The position numbers and the translations under genes were made by a program. A DNA stretch of 33,107 bases from Welwitschia mirabilis (taxonomy: Eukaryota), in contig JBOZIK010000001.1 of the NCBI GenBank assembly GCA_051453625.1, forward strand, positions 31,557,230 through 31,590,336. The letters are read 5' to 3'. How positions within the stretch are numbered: the stretch's first letter is position 1; the number at the start of each line of letters is the position of its first letter. Below the pieces are notes generated by a model, which was not told where the DNA came from, ran no database searches, and was given only the letters and a program-made list of their open reading frames with translations. Below are positions 1 to 12,088 of the stretch, piece after piece.

Positions 1-300
1 TTAATTAAAACCGTGCCTTTAATCTTCTTAACATCTTATAAGATTAGCTTAAGACAGATATATAATTATTTAACTAACAAGAAATGATTAAAAGAGGGTG
101 TTGAATTATGGAAAGTTACCACCACCATCCTACTAAACTTACTTGAAATTAAGGCCTTTATTATATAATTCTATCTTTCATACTATGGCCTATAATTATT
201 AATATTATTCCATTAACAAAAGGAACCCTTTTCACCCTTTTATCATAATAGGATTAGCTTATACTTAATGATCCAATTTCATCAATACATTCCTCTCTAT
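1..300 (+). mobile_element. Possible 3' end of a Ty1/copia element: RNase H tail, PPT (90-98) and start of 3' LTR (TGTTG at 99)
   Basis: 1-60 translates LIKTVPLIFLTSYKISLRQ, weakly like the copia RH C-terminus (TK.LP...F.....LG). Purine run AAAAGAGGG is directly followed by TGTTGAATT. LTR right end not determined. Confidence 0.3.
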
Positions 301-644
301 AGAAATAAAATAAAGGCATAACTTCTTAAAGATATTTTACTTGACTTACTAAAGGATCACTATGATACTTGAAGGGAGGGTTTAATGTTAATAAATTAAT
401 TAAGAGTATATCAACATATCAATTACTAATTACATAAACATGATAGTTCAAAAATTTAAAGCCTACTTGATCAAATATAACTGATAATTTCTGTCTTCTT
501 TTGATCAGACCTTAAAACATAGTTCTCACCATTTCCTTATCCATCTATTAATTATGTCTTATTATTAGTTACTAATCAATTTCAAAAAATACTTAATATG
601 AAACCATAACCTTTTTATATCCTTAAGTATGTTGTTACTACTTT

Positions 645-850
645 TAAGTCTTTTACATTTCCTTGATCCACTCTCCTTAATCAAACTCTATATCATATAT
701 CCATTTCAAATTACTATCATCAATACTTTATTTTAATTATTTAGCTCACACATTTTTCCTTGTGAACTCTTATAAGGATATGTAGAATGTTATTTTCTTG
801 AAGTCCATCCTTCATCCATAATTGTCTTTTATTACTCTTTTCAGTTGATT
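645..850 (-). pseudogene. pol: Decayed Ty3/gypsy integrase zinc-binding (H2C2) region fragment
   Basis: Minus strand reads ILHILIRVHKEKCVS*...VI*NGYMI*SLIKESGSRKCKR, resembling gypsy IL.EVHEG.CG.H...GYYWPTL.KDA...KC..C. Very degraded. Confidence 0.4.
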
Positions 851-1076
851 TTTCTTTTAAACCAAATCATAAAGCCTTATGATTTTGCTATTCTCCTATG
901 AAATATTGCATGATAAATTAATGGATCTATTCAAGCCCTAGATCAATCTCTTGCTTTTTCTATTGTCTTTTCCATAGAAATTAGAATATCGCTTTAAGTA
1001 ATACCCAACNNNNNNNNNNNNNNNNNNNNNNNNNNNNNNNNNNNNNNNNNNNNNNNNNNNNNNNNNNNNNNNNNNN

Positions 1077-2140
1077 TATCAGAGTCTAGATTGCTATTTT
1101 GCTAGATATAATTATTGTAAAGTCATTTTAACATTAGAACGTAGGCTGGAAAATTCACTCAGCATAACTATTATTGAAACTTAGGTTGTAATTCCACTTG
1201 GCTTAACTCTATTAAAGTTACAAGTTTAACATGGAATTTAGGTTTGTAATATATGTAGTTGACCTCCATAAGATTAACATGACATAAAGAAGGGCAGTTA
1301 ACTAAATAACTAAAGTTATAACATCAGTAAATCCAATTAGCAACTTAGTAGATAAGTTTATGAATAAAGCAATGTGTGAGTAGATAGCAACTCTATCAAG
1401 AAAATGATGGTGTAACTTANNNNNNNNNNNNNNNNNNNNNNNNNNNNNNNNNNNNNNNNNNNNNNNNNNNNNNNNNNNNNNNNNNNNNNNNNNNNNNNNN
1501 NNNNNNNNNNNNNNNNNNNNNNNNNNNNNNNNNNNNNNNNNNNNNNNNNNNNNNNNNNNNNNNNNNNNNNNNNNNNNNNNNNNNNNNNNNNNNNNNNNNN
1601 NNNNNNNNNNNNNNNNNNNNNNNNNNNNNNNNNNNNNNNNNNNNNNNNNNNNNNNNNNNNNNNNNNNNNNNNNNNNNNNNNNNNNNNNNNNNNNNNNNNN
1701 NNNNNNNNNNNNNNNNNNNNNNNNNNNNNNNNNNNNNNNNNNNNNNNNNNNNNNNNNNNNNNNNNNNNNNNNNNNNNNNNNNNNNNNNNNNNNNNNNNNN
1801 GCCTTAGAAAAGAGTAGAATTAGGGAAGAATTAATTTTTAAGAATAAAAATATTAGAGCAATAAGAATGTTTCAAGATAATAAAAGGATGCAACCATGAG
1901 AAAAAGTAGTTACTTAGAATTTAGGTATGATTAGAAAAAGAGGTAGAGTAAATGTGTCTACAGTCAACACTAGAGCAACTCATAAACTTTAAAAAAGAAA
2001 GTAGACTTATCTAACTTGAGGAAGAGTAAGATTTATAAGACTATCAAGAAATGATCAGTATTTTAAAATACAACTAATGATTTCAAGAGCATGAGGCATT
2101 TTCTATGCTAGAGACTTTACTATGTTATAATTGCCTTAAA
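1077..2140 (+). mobile_element. gag: Ty1/copia 5' internal fragment: partial tRNA-iMet PBS and gag remnant
   Basis: TATCAGAG at 1077-1084, right after a gap, is the 3' part of TGGTATCAGAGC. From 1151 reads KFTQHNYY*(fs)KLRL, like the copia gag N-terminus KF.G.NY..WK.RM. Interrupted by gap 1420-1800. Confidence 0.5.
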
Positions 2141-2425
2141 AGGAAGAATCAAGAAGCACCTAGACTTTAGGTTTAAACAAGACCTACTAGATCCATATGA
2201 ATAAGCTCTAATGGTATAGATGTGGACACTTGGATTTTTTTTTTTTATGAGAGATCCTAATTTGTTTTCCCTTTTGGCATGCATCACATAAGCCTTTTTT
2301 TTCTATATTTATCTTAGGAATTCCTTTCATGATGTTTTTATGAATAATTATTTTTAACTAATCATAATTCACATGACCTAATCGTTTATGCCACAGCTCT
2401 TCTTGATGAACATTCAAAAAATAAC
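2140..2425 (-). pseudogene. pol: Copia GAG-pre-integrase/integrase N-terminus, truncated
   Basis: Reads ELWHKRLGHVNYD*LK (WHKRLGH at 2373-2393)...KGIPKINIEKKGLCDACQKGKQIRISH...STSIPLELIHMDLVG (HMDL at 2188-2199)..SLG. Homology stops near 2140. Confidence 0.92.
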
Positions 2426-2499
2426 ATGGAGAAAATGATTGATCTATACTATAAACATTGTCTATTCTACTTGCTTTAAAAATTACATCATTTAATTTT

Positions 2500-2770
2500 T
2501 CATATAAAATTTCACATATTGATTTATCAAAAACTACCTTGTAACTTTTGTCACAAATTTGGCTAATGCTTAATAAATTATGATTTAAACAATTTACATA
2601 AAAACCTTCATTAATTCTAGAAAGGTTACCTCCATCAATGCTTTTAATCCCTTCAATTTTTGCTCTTCCATTATCCTCAAAGTCACCTCTCCTTAATAAA
2701 AGTTGCTTAGTTACTTGAATCTAGATTTATCTCCTATCATATGCCCTAAACATCCACTATCGAGACATCA
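2500..2770 (-). pseudogene. pol: Copia aspartic protease
   Basis: Reads *CLDSGCLGHMIGDKSRF...GEVT(fs)DNGRAKIEG...FYVNCLNHNLLSISQICDKSYKVVFDKSIC, matching WYLDSGCSRHMTGD...VTFGDN...L.HNLLSISQLCD.GY.V.F. Confidence 0.93.
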
Positions 2771-2929
2771 GCTTGTGCTATTTGAAAACTTGAAAGCTAT
2801 CTAAATTAAGGTACTTTTAAGATCATTAGCTTTTATCCACATAGTCTTTCTAGACTTATGTGGTACACCTCCTTTAGGAATAAACTTAAATGGGAAAGCA
2901 CTAACTGAGTTTAAAAATAACATTAATTT

Positions 2930-3590
2930 TCTAGCATTGCATATGAGATTTGAATGATCAATTCTTCCATAGAAATGACAAGTAATTTTTGAAAGGAACT
3001 TACCATCACTGATTACTTGATTTTGCTATCTTTTAGATATTTGAAAGATGAAGCCAATACCTGACTTGCTACCAATAGATTTCTAAACTCCAAGCATTTG
3101 TTCCAGTTTGGTAAATCCACCTAAAAATTTATTAAGAAAATAAGATACTCTTTACCTATAAAATGGGATTAGAGTTTTCGAATTTGATTCTTTTAAGACT
3201 TAATTTTATTTCCTCATTTTCATTGGTGAGAGATTTTATAATCTTGTTCATATCCTTTATCCTTTTAGTCATCTTTTCACATTCCTGGTATAACTTTTAA
3301 TATGCATCTTTCAACTCATCCTGTTCTTCATTATCCACATCATGGTTATCATGATCCAATGTATTGGACATATTTACAATGAAGGAACAAGTGCCATAAA
3401 GGAAAGTCTTCTTTCTTTGTCATGTTTTTGAGCATTTCTTTTGTTATTTTCACTTAACTCCTATGAGTTTCCATTGGTTGTAATATGTTTGCAAATATAT
3501 CCATATGCTATCCAACATATACAGATAAAGGCATAAGTATTGAAGAAGGGTATATTCGAAAAATCATCAAGGTAAACAATCATTATGGGG
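2930..3590 (-). pseudogene. gag: Internally deleted Sirevirus-type gag with zinc knuckle
   Basis: KLEQMLGV*KSIGSKSGIGF (~3050-3115) and knuckle CHFYGRIDHSNLIC (~2938-2980, decayed CX2CX4HX4C). PFFN remnant near 3545. Much shorter than a full gag. Confidence 0.8.
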
Positions 3591-3634
3591 TTCTAAAGTC
3601 TAGATCAGTTAAGATCTAAGAAAATACTTAACTA

Positions 3635-3646
3635 GCTCTGATACCA
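3635..3646 (-). promoter_or_regulatory. Primer binding site, tRNA-iMet (TGGTATCAGAGC)
   Basis: + strand GCTCTGATACCA is the exact reverse complement. It lies 2 nt from the LTR terminal CA (TG at 3649-3650). Confidence 0.95.
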
Positions 3647-3648
3647 AA

Positions 3649-5047
3649 TGATAGGATTGAGAATCCTAGAAGGGGATGAATAGGTTCTTTAAAAATTTTA
3701 GTATAATGTTCTAAATGAATCTAATCTTAAACAAAACTTGCATATAATAATAAACTAATCTAAAATGTATATGATATAAGAAAATAATGGAAGTAAAGAA
3801 ATAGAGACTAAAAGCACAAAAATACCAATTGGATGGAACTCGGATTTATAGTGGTTTGAGAAATCCCCCTACTTCAGTCATGATGATCATCTTATTTCCA
3901 AGCTAAATCTTGGATCTTTGTTACTCCACTAGGTATTCCAGGTTCATCTGTAACCTTTGCAAATAGACTTTTCTAGGCTTAGTCTCAACCTNNNNNNNNN
4001 NNNNNNNNNNNNNNNNNNNNNNNNNNNNNNNNNNNNNNNNNNNNNNNNNNNNNNNNNNNNNNNNNNNNNNNNNNNNNNNNNNNNNNNNNNNNNNNNNNNN
4101 NNNNNNNNNNNNNNNNNNNNNNNNNNNNNNNNAGCTCTTCATCTAATCTTAAATGTAGAGATGATGACAATGGTAGATCTTCTTCAGTTAAAAATGTAGA
4201 TGCCAAGATACAACAATAAAAGTCATAAGATTACAATGCTTAATCCTTCAAATCCAATAGATTCATAAAAAATGAAGATAGTTCCAAAAGATTCTTTGGT
4301 CATCTATGTCTTAGCTATTTATATTGGAAGTTTTTAGGGTTTATTACATTTGAAATGCACTTCTAACANNNNNNNNNNNNNNNNNNNNNNNNNNNNNNNN
4401 NNNNNNNNNNNNNNNNNNNNNNNNNNNNNNNNNNNNNNNNNNNNNNNNNNNNNNNNNNNNNNNNNNNNNNNNNNNNNNNNNNNNNNNNNNNNNNNNNNNN
4501 NNNNTCACCCGAGTGAGAAATTTGGTCATCCCAATTTCTTATGGCTCCCTGTCTAGTTAACCCAATATAGATCTGGTCAACCCCAGTCTGGTCATCCATA
4601 ACATTATCTAGTTGCTCGCCTCTCTTGATAAAATTCTTTTTAGTTTTTAGCATTGAGTCCAATCGACCCCTTTAAGTGTTCGGTTGATTCTATGATGATA
4701 TAATTAGGTGTAATAGCTGCACAGTACTTAGGTTTAGTTGGCCCCATTATAGATCCGATCAACTCCTTTCCATTTAATTTAGGAGTACTGTTCCTTATTT
4801 TATAGAGGTCGATCCCTTTCCATTCAGTTTAGGGATACTATTTATCAGGTTTTTAAATGTGATCGACCCCATAAAGGTCTAGTTGACCCTTTTCATTCAG
4901 TTTAGGGACACTGGTTTTTAAGGTTATAGGTCCAGTTGACCCCATGAAAAAATCTAGTTGATCCCTCTAAATGCAGTTCATTTTCTTTCTACTTTAGGTG
5001 TAGTTGACCCCTTGAAAATCTGGTCGACCCCTCAAGAGGATAAAAGA
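3649..5047 (-). repeat. 5' LTR of the Sirevirus-like element (distal end lost in gap 5048-5393)
   Basis: Minus strand ends ...CCTATTCATCCCCTTCTAGG...TATCA, like the Sirevirus LTR-end motif CTATTCACCCCC.CTCTAG. TATAAATAG at 4315-4323 (-) with repeated motifs upstream. Contains gaps 3992-4132 and 4369-4504. Confidence 0.8.
4554..5032. repeat. About 14 dispersed copies of a GGTCGACCCC-type palindromic motif in LTR U3
   Basis: Examples: CTAGTTAACCC 4554, CTGGTCAACCCC 4574, AATCGACCCC 4661, AGGTCGATCCC 4806, GATCGACCCC 4861, CTAGTTGACCC 4879, GTAGTTGACCCC 5000, CTGGTCGACCCC 5020. Often in pairs ~20 nt apart. Confidence 0.85.
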
Positions 5048-5393
5048 NNNNNNNNNNNNNNNNNNNNNNNNNNNNNNNNNNNNNNNNNNNNNNNNNNNNN
5101 NNNNNNNNNNNNNNNNNNNNNNNNNNNNNNNNNNNNNNNNNNNNNNNNNNNNNNNNNNNNNNNNNNNNNNNNNNNNNNNNNNNNNNNNNNNNNNNNNNNN
5201 NNNNNNNNNNNNNNNNNNNNNNNNNNNNNNNNNNNNNNNNNNNNNNNNNNNNNNNNNNNNNNNNNNNNNNNNNNNNNNNNNNNNNNNNNNNNNNNNNNNN
5301 NNNNNNNNNNNNNNNNNNNNNNNNNNNNNNNNNNNNNNNNNNNNNNNNNNNNNNNNNNNNNNNNNNNNNNNNNNNNNNNNNNNNNNNNNNNNN

Positions 5394-5800
5394 AACTCAA
5401 AAATAGGTACAATATATTATTAGCAAAGTATCCTAACCATAATAGATTATTTATTATACATTGAAATAGATAAGTCTTTAATGTATGAAAAAATATTAGG
5501 AATAAGAATATACAAAAATAAATGAGATAATTACTTAACTATATGAGATGAGCTAAGGATGGGAGTAGGGAAGTGGAAAATCCAAAAATGTACATGATTT
5601 ATTAACAGTAGAAATGAGAGAACATATCAATCTTATGGAGGAATTAGCTAAAAAGTTATTGATAATATGATAGAAAAGTATGATAAGTTATTTATTAAAT
5701 ACTTGAATAAAGACATATTACTAATATGTGAGCATTATAACGATGATGCGAAATAGAATGCCCTACGTGTAAGAGTTCATATAGTGATTGGATATCAATA
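5394..5800 (+). pseudogene. gag: Athila-type gag remnant
   Basis: NRYNILLAKYPNH resembles Athila gag ERFK.LLRKCPHH. Decayed knuckle ICEHY...ECP at ~5724-5765. Confidence 0.55.
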
Positions 5801-6478
5801 GATTGAATAAGTTTTAGTGATTCATCTTAAGAAAAGAAGAAACCTTACTATTAAAAAAATAGAAAAGGAAAAGGAAAAATAGAATAACATATTGAAAATT
5901 ATGTAACTTATAAAAGATAATAATAATGTGAACATGAGAAAAATTAGAGGAATAAATATCAAGGTAATACCTTCACTAAATAGAAAAGAAAAAATAAAGA
6001 AGGGAAGATTCTTACTTAACCTCAACCTATCCCTAGAGAAGATATTAATGAGGCTATATCTACAAGATTATAAAGATCCATGAAAATTGATAATGTTTTT
6101 AAAAAAAATAAAAAGATACAACCAACTAACAACAAAATGAAGAAAAAAATGAAAAGGTAATAAGGAAGGAATAACTAGAACATTTAGTTTTTCTAATGAG
6201 AATTAGACAAATAGGGCATTCTAAGATGGAAAATAGTTTTGAATATCTAACTAAAGATTTAAAAGACATAATATATTACTATCTCTAGTAAAACTATTAA
6301 AAATTATACCTATGTATTAGGGACAAATAAATAGTACATGTCCCAATTAAAAGAACCAAAAGATCTCTAAGGAACCAAAAGAAACTTAAATTAATATGGT
6401 AAAAAGACATTGAATTTTTTAGAATCTATAAAAATAATTTAAAATAAAGAACATAAAAAACATAATAATCCTAAAAAA

Positions 6479-6770
6479 CCTATGATTAATATCAAGGTGG
6501 ATAATGAATTAAAGATAAATGCTTTATGTCTTTGAGAGCTAGCACAAATGTCATAGCATATGAAATCCACAAGAAATTATGAAAAATAGAATTGACATCT
6601 TGCTAAGGAAATGAATGGTTTATATTATTAATAAATTAGTAGTAATAAGTAAGGGAGTTTTAAAATATATACCCAAATAATTTCAAGGGTTTATTTATGC
6701 CATTAACTACTTTATAATGAACACTTAAGGGAATACTCATGTTGTTATTGTAGAAAGGCTATAAATGTCT
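6479..6770 (+). pseudogene. pol: Gypsy aspartic protease remnant, copy 1
   Basis: PMINIKVDNELKINAL..(fs)ASTNVIAYE resembles AL.DLGAS.NVM. Many stops. Confidence 0.7.
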
Positions 6771-7131
6771 AGTGATGATGGAATAATTTATTCAAGAAAC
6801 TAAGTAATGTAGGTAAGTTTAGAATAATTAAAGTAAGAAATAAAATTGTGTGATGCAACTATCATGGAAGAAATAGGAACTAAGAATGAATCAAGAATAA
6901 ATGCTATCTCAACTAAAGAAATACATAAAGTTTTAAAAGATAAAAATGAAGAAAAACATAGGAAATAAAACTTGATAATTTAGAAAATNNNNNNNNNNNN
7001 NNNNNNNNNNNNNNNNNNNNNNNNNNNNNNNNNNNNNNNNNNNNNNNNNNNNNNNNNNNNNNNNNNNNNNNNNNNNNNNNNNNNNNNNCATTTAAAATAA
7101 ACGACATGAAAAACATAGTGATTCTAAAATA

Positions 7132-7430
7132 CCTATGATTAATATCAAGGTGGATAATGAATTGAAGATAAAGAATTTAATTACTTTTAGAGCTAGCACA
7201 AATGTCATAGCATATGAAACCCATAAGAAATTTGGTAGAATAGAATTGACATCCTAATAAAAAAAGGAAAGGTTTATATTATTGATGAACTAGGAGTAAC
7301 ACCTAAGGGAGTTTTGAAATATATATCAAAATAACTTCAAGGATTTCTTTATGCCATTAACTACTTAGTAATGAATAGTTAAGAAAATACTCATGTTGTT
7401 ATTGTAGGAAGGCTATAAATGGCTAGTGAT
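7132..7430 (+). pseudogene. pol: Gypsy aspartic protease remnant, copy 2
   Basis: Homologous to 6479-6770 (CCTATGATTAATATCAAGGTGGATAATGAATT...GAGCTAGCACAAATGTCATAGCATATGAA). Confidence 0.7.
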
Positions 7431-7947
7431 GATGGGAGCAATGTAGGTAAGTTTAGAATAATTAAAGTAAGAAATAAAATTATCTGATGCAACTATCATA
7501 AAAGAAATAGAACTAAGAGTGAATCAATAATAAATGCTATCTCAAGTAAATAAATACATAAATTTTTAAAAGATAAAAATGAAAAAACACACAAGGAATA
7601 AAACTTGATAATTTAGAAAATAGAGAAACCACCTCTATAAGAGAAACTTAAGTATGTAGAGATATTAAGAAATATATCCTTAATCATAATTCGAAACATC
7701 ATATGTTCACAAAGAGTAAATTGAGAAAAAAATTCATGAAAATTAAATTGAAAAGAAAAAATTTTATGAAAAGAAACAAGCATGTTCATGAGATCATAAT
7801 GATGTTAAAAGAATTGATTATAAAATATGTTAATGTAAAATTTACTTAGATTCTTCAATTAAACCTAGTAGACAACTTGAAAGAAGATGAAATTAAATTA
7901 TGCAATAAATCCTTAAATAAGAAATTACTAAACTCTCAGATGTAAGA

Positions 7948-8520
7948 TTTATTTATCCTATATTAGACTTAAAATGGATTATTCTTATTATATTAGTGTT
8001 TGAAATAGAAAATAAATGGTAATTACATGTTGGTTTTAAGACATTACAATGTAATAAGGATTATTTTTCTTTATGTTTTGTTGACAGTATCTTGGAAGTA
8101 ATAGTAGGATATTAATACTATAGATTTACTTAATAGTATAGTGGTTACAACTATATCCTAATTACTTTATAGGATTAAGCTAAAACCAGCTTTACCTATG
8201 ACTTGGATACATATGCCTTTATGATTATCCATTTTGGACTATATAATACTTTAGAAATATTTCAAAGAATTATTAATAGAATATGATTAAAAGGCTAATA
8301 AAAGTTTTGATGGATGATTTTTAACCTTTAGAAATGATCTTTATGAATCACTTAAAATATTATAGAAAGTGTAATAAATATGTAAACAAAAGAGATTAAA
8401 AGTAAATTGATTTAAGAGTCAACCTATGATGACATGAGGGATAGATTTAGAAAATAGAATCTCTCAAAAGAAAATTGAGGTACATGAGTAAAAGATCAAA
8501 GAAATAAAGGACATAACTCC
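7948..8520 (+). pseudogene. pol: Ty3/gypsy reverse transcriptase remnant
   Basis: FIYPILDLKW...KDYFSLCFVDSILE...YSGYNYI...D*AKTSFT...YAF..IHFGLYNTLEIFQR...VLMDDF (8304-8321) matches IYPISDS.W/KDHFPLPFIDQ/YSGYNQI/MPFGL.NAPATFQR/FMDDF. Confidence 0.93.
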
Positions 8521-8734
8521 TTCAACTAAACTCAAGGAATTTAGATCATTCTTAAGTACTATAGGATATTAGAGGAGATTCATAAGTAAATTTAAAAAAA
8601 AAATTTAAATCCCTTAGTAATATTTTTCAAAAATATGTTGAGTATAATTGAACCTCTAAATGTCAATAATCTTTTTAAATTTTGAAAGATAATTTAGTTA
8701 AGGCAGCTAGAGTACAAGAATTCAGTTGCTTAAA

Positions 8735-9085
8735 ATTATTTCATATAATAAATTATGGATCTAATCATGCTATGAAAGTTGTTTTAGGGTAAAAAGATAA
8801 TGAAAATAAATCATACTCAATTACTTATATAAGAAAAATATTAAGTTTATTTCAACATAATTATACAATGACTGAAAAGGAGATTTAGTAGTAGTAATGA
8901 TACTAGAAAAATCTAGGCATTACTTTCTAGGATATCAAGTTAAAGTGCATTATGATCATGGTTGTATCATTTTTTTAATGAATAAAAAGGAATAAAATTC
9001 AAGGGGCCATATATAACAAATGAAAGAATTTTAGTTAAAATTATTGATTAAACAGGAACTAAAAATTTAATTGCATACCATCTAT
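8735..9085 (+). pseudogene. pol: RNase H remnant, copy 1
   Basis: FHIINYGSNHAMKVVLG*KD...NYTMTEKE(fs)LVVVMILEKSRHYFLG matches DAS..A.GAVLGQ/NYTTTEKELLAVV.ALEKFR.YL.G. Confidence 0.88.
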
Positions 9086-9366
9086 TAGTATCAAATTTTC
9101 CACATGAATATGAACAAATAAATAGAAGGAATAAATTTTTTTATAAGAATCTCCTAAAAGTTTAGACAAATCCTTAGTATAAAGACATTAGTAATATTAT
9201 AGTTGATGAGAAATTAACAAAATTTTAAAAGAAAATGATTATTAAGAGAAATTAGAGATTACATATNNNNNNNNNNNNNNNNNNNNNNNNNNNNNNNNNN
9301 NNNNNNNNNNNNNNNNNNNNNNNNNNNNNNNNNNNNNNNNNNNNNNNNNNNNNNNNNNNNNNNNNN

Positions 9367-10300
9367 TTTATAGGATTTTGCTAAAACCACTTTTACTTAT
9401 CACTGGGGTACATATGCCTTTAAGATTATACATTTTAGACTATAAAATACTTTAGAAATATTTTAAATAATCATTAATAGCATTTTTTGATATATGATTA
9501 AAAGGATAGTAAAAATTCTAATGGATGATTTTCAACATTTGCAAATGATCTTTATGAATTACTTAAAAGATTATAGAAAGTATTATAAAGATGTAAACAA
9601 AAGATATTAAAACTTAATTGATCTAAAAGTCAACCCATGATGACATGAGAATAGATTTAGGAAATAGAATCTCTCAAAAAAAACTTTAAATACATAACTA
9701 AAATATCTAAGAAATAAAGGACATGCCTCCTTTAACTAAACTCAAGGAATTTAGATCGTTACTATGTCATATAGGATATTAAAGAAGATTCATAAGTAAT
9801 TTTAAAAAAAATTCAAATGCCTTAGTGCTCGTTTTCAAAAATATGTTGAGTATAATTAGATCTCTGAATGTTAAGAATATTTTCAAATTTTGAAAGATAA
9901 CCTAATTAAGATAGCTATAGTATAAGAATTCAATTGCTTAAACCTATTTCATATCAAGATTGATGCATCTAATCATGCTATGAAAGATGTTTTAGAATAA
10001 AAAGATGATGAAAATAAATCATACCTTATTTCTTATATAAGAAAAAGCTTAAATGTATTTCAACATACTTATACAATGACTAAAAAGGAGATTTAGTAGT
10101 AGTAATAATATTAGAAAAATTTACACATTACATCCTAAGATATGAAATTAAAGTGCATGATGATCATAGTTCTATTATATTCTTAATGAATAAAAAGGAA
10201 TAAAATTTAAGGATAATGAGACATATATAATAGATGAAAGAATTTGACTTAAAAATCATTGATAAAAAAGAAACTTAAAATGTAGTTGCATACCATATAT
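9367..10300 (+). pseudogene. pol: RT C-terminal half and RNase H, copy 2
   Basis: KTTFTYHWGTYAF; ILMDDF at 9515-9532; DASNHA from 9962. Collinear with 8166-9085. Confidence 0.9.
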
Positions 10301-10559
10301 TAATGTTAAATTTCTCACATGAATATAAACAAATAAATGGAGGGAATGAGTTATTTTATAAGAATCTCCTAGAAGTTTAGATAAATCCTTAGTATAAATA
10401 CATATATAATTTCAAAGTTGATGAGAAATTACCATCACATTTGAATCATTTTAAAAGAAAATTATTATTAAGAGAAATCAGAGATTACATATTACCCTAT
10501 TAAGCTCTATTAAAATGTGTAAGGATTATATAATTAAAATATTGATGGAGGAGGATTTA

Positions 10560-11580
10560 CAAAAATAAATTATTAAGAAAGAACATGAGGGAAAAGGTGA
10601 AGAACATTATAATTCAAAAATAAAAGAAATAAAAATTCCTAACATGGCATATTATTAGCCTACAATGTTCAAAGATTCTCTTAAATATTAGAAATTTCAT
10701 AATAATAAATTCAAGCATTAGAGCCATTTGATATATAAGGTATATATTTCATTAGCTTCATTAATCCTTCATCACATGGAAATATCTACACATTGGTTTA
10801 TGTTAATTACCTAATTAAATGAGCTAAGATTGAGGCTGCGTCACATTATTATTTCTAAAAAATTTATTAATTTATTTTTTAAGAATATTATTTATAGTTT
10901 TATAGCACCTAATAATTTTATTTCCAATAGGAAACCCACTTTACTAATGGATGTTTTAGCAAACTTTTCTCTAAATATGAAATTCATCATACATTATTCA
11001 TGGCCTATTACCCTTAATTAAATTATTAATATAAGGTAATAAATAAAGAACTTAATGAAATATTGATAAAAACCATAAATATAAATAATATTAATTTAAA
11101 AAGAAAACTAAATGAAAGATTATGAACACATAGAATAACTTGAAAAAATAGTACAAGATTCACATGTTGTGAGTTAGTATATGATAAAAATGAAACTAAC
11201 CAATTGAACTTAAGACAAAACATTTTAAATTAGTGAGACGATTAAAAAGAAAAACTAATGAAGACTAGATAGAATGAATTAATAATATAAATACCTTAGA
11301 TGAAAAAACAATGAAGGCCCTAGTAAGAAACAAACTATCATAAGAAAAGATAAAGAATTTACATGATTAAAAAATTAGAGAAATAGAATTTAAAATAAAA
11401 TACTTAGTGATGGTTTATAATCTTAAGAAATTACATTACAAATAAAAGTATGAAAAGAATTTTCTTAGATCATATAAAATAAGAATATTTTAGATAATGA
11501 AGTAGTTGATATTTATGATCTAGATCAAAAATTTACTTATCAGATTAATGGACCAAAAACCAAAATTTATAAAGACCAAA
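10560..11580 (+). pseudogene. pol: Gypsy integrase remnant (piece 9367-11988)
   Basis: HEGKGEEHY, YY*PTMFKDS, LEPFDI*G...SHGNIYTLVYVNYLIK*A (= EPFD.WGIDF/S.G..YILV.VDY..KWVEA), C-terminal INGPKTKIY. Confidence 0.88.
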
Positions 11581-11819
11581 CTTTCTTACTAGAATGTTTA
11601 GGAAACCCCTTTAAATGAAGAGGATACTTCCACTCTTTCTTTTAAAATAAATTACTTCATATAATTAAATAAACCATGTCAATTATTTAGGATATTTTCT
11701 CTGTTAACTTATTAAAAATGAATTTGAATGACTTACAAGAAAAAAGGATGACCTATTACAATTTTGATAGAAAGTCATGCACTATATCTTAAGTTAATTC
11801 TCTATGAAGTATTTCTTTT

Positions 11820-11845
11820 ACACACACATACAAACACACACACAA
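11820..11845. repeat. Imperfect (CA)n microsatellite
   Basis: ACACACACATACAAACACACACACA. The homologous site near 14245 has only a short TA run. Confidence 0.7.
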
Positions 11846-12088
11846 CCAAAAATAAATCACCAAAATGTCCTATTACAAGTGTACAAGGGTAAATACTCTT
11901 CAAAAGGGTCCTTGACAGTATAATATAGTAACTATGAGAACTTTAATGAGGGGTTAAATAACCATGATATAGATTACATCTTTTAGGTNNNNNNNNNNNN
12001 NNNNNNNNNNNNNNNNNNNNNNNNNNNNNNNNNNNNNNNNNNNNNNNNNNNNNNNNNNNNNNNNNNNNNNNNNNNNNNNNNNNNNNNN

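Larger units (their letters stand above)
2140..5047 (-). mobile_element. Truncated Sirevirus (SIRE/Maximus)-like Ty1/copia retrotransposon: 5' LTR, PBS, gag, protease, integrase N-terminus
   Basis: Copia domain order LTR-PBS-gag-PR-INT on the minus strand, intact Met PBS, and Sirevirus-type LTR-end motif (see sub-features). Confidence 0.9.

Noticed and set aside
4330..4910. TTTAGGG heptamers as interstitial telomere
   Set aside because: Isolated single occurrences within an LTR, not an array.
3921..7116. ORF-track entries spanning N runs (also 18945-19184)
   Set aside because: Open only because N codons are not stops. Only the tail of 4958-5464 (gag-like) is informative.
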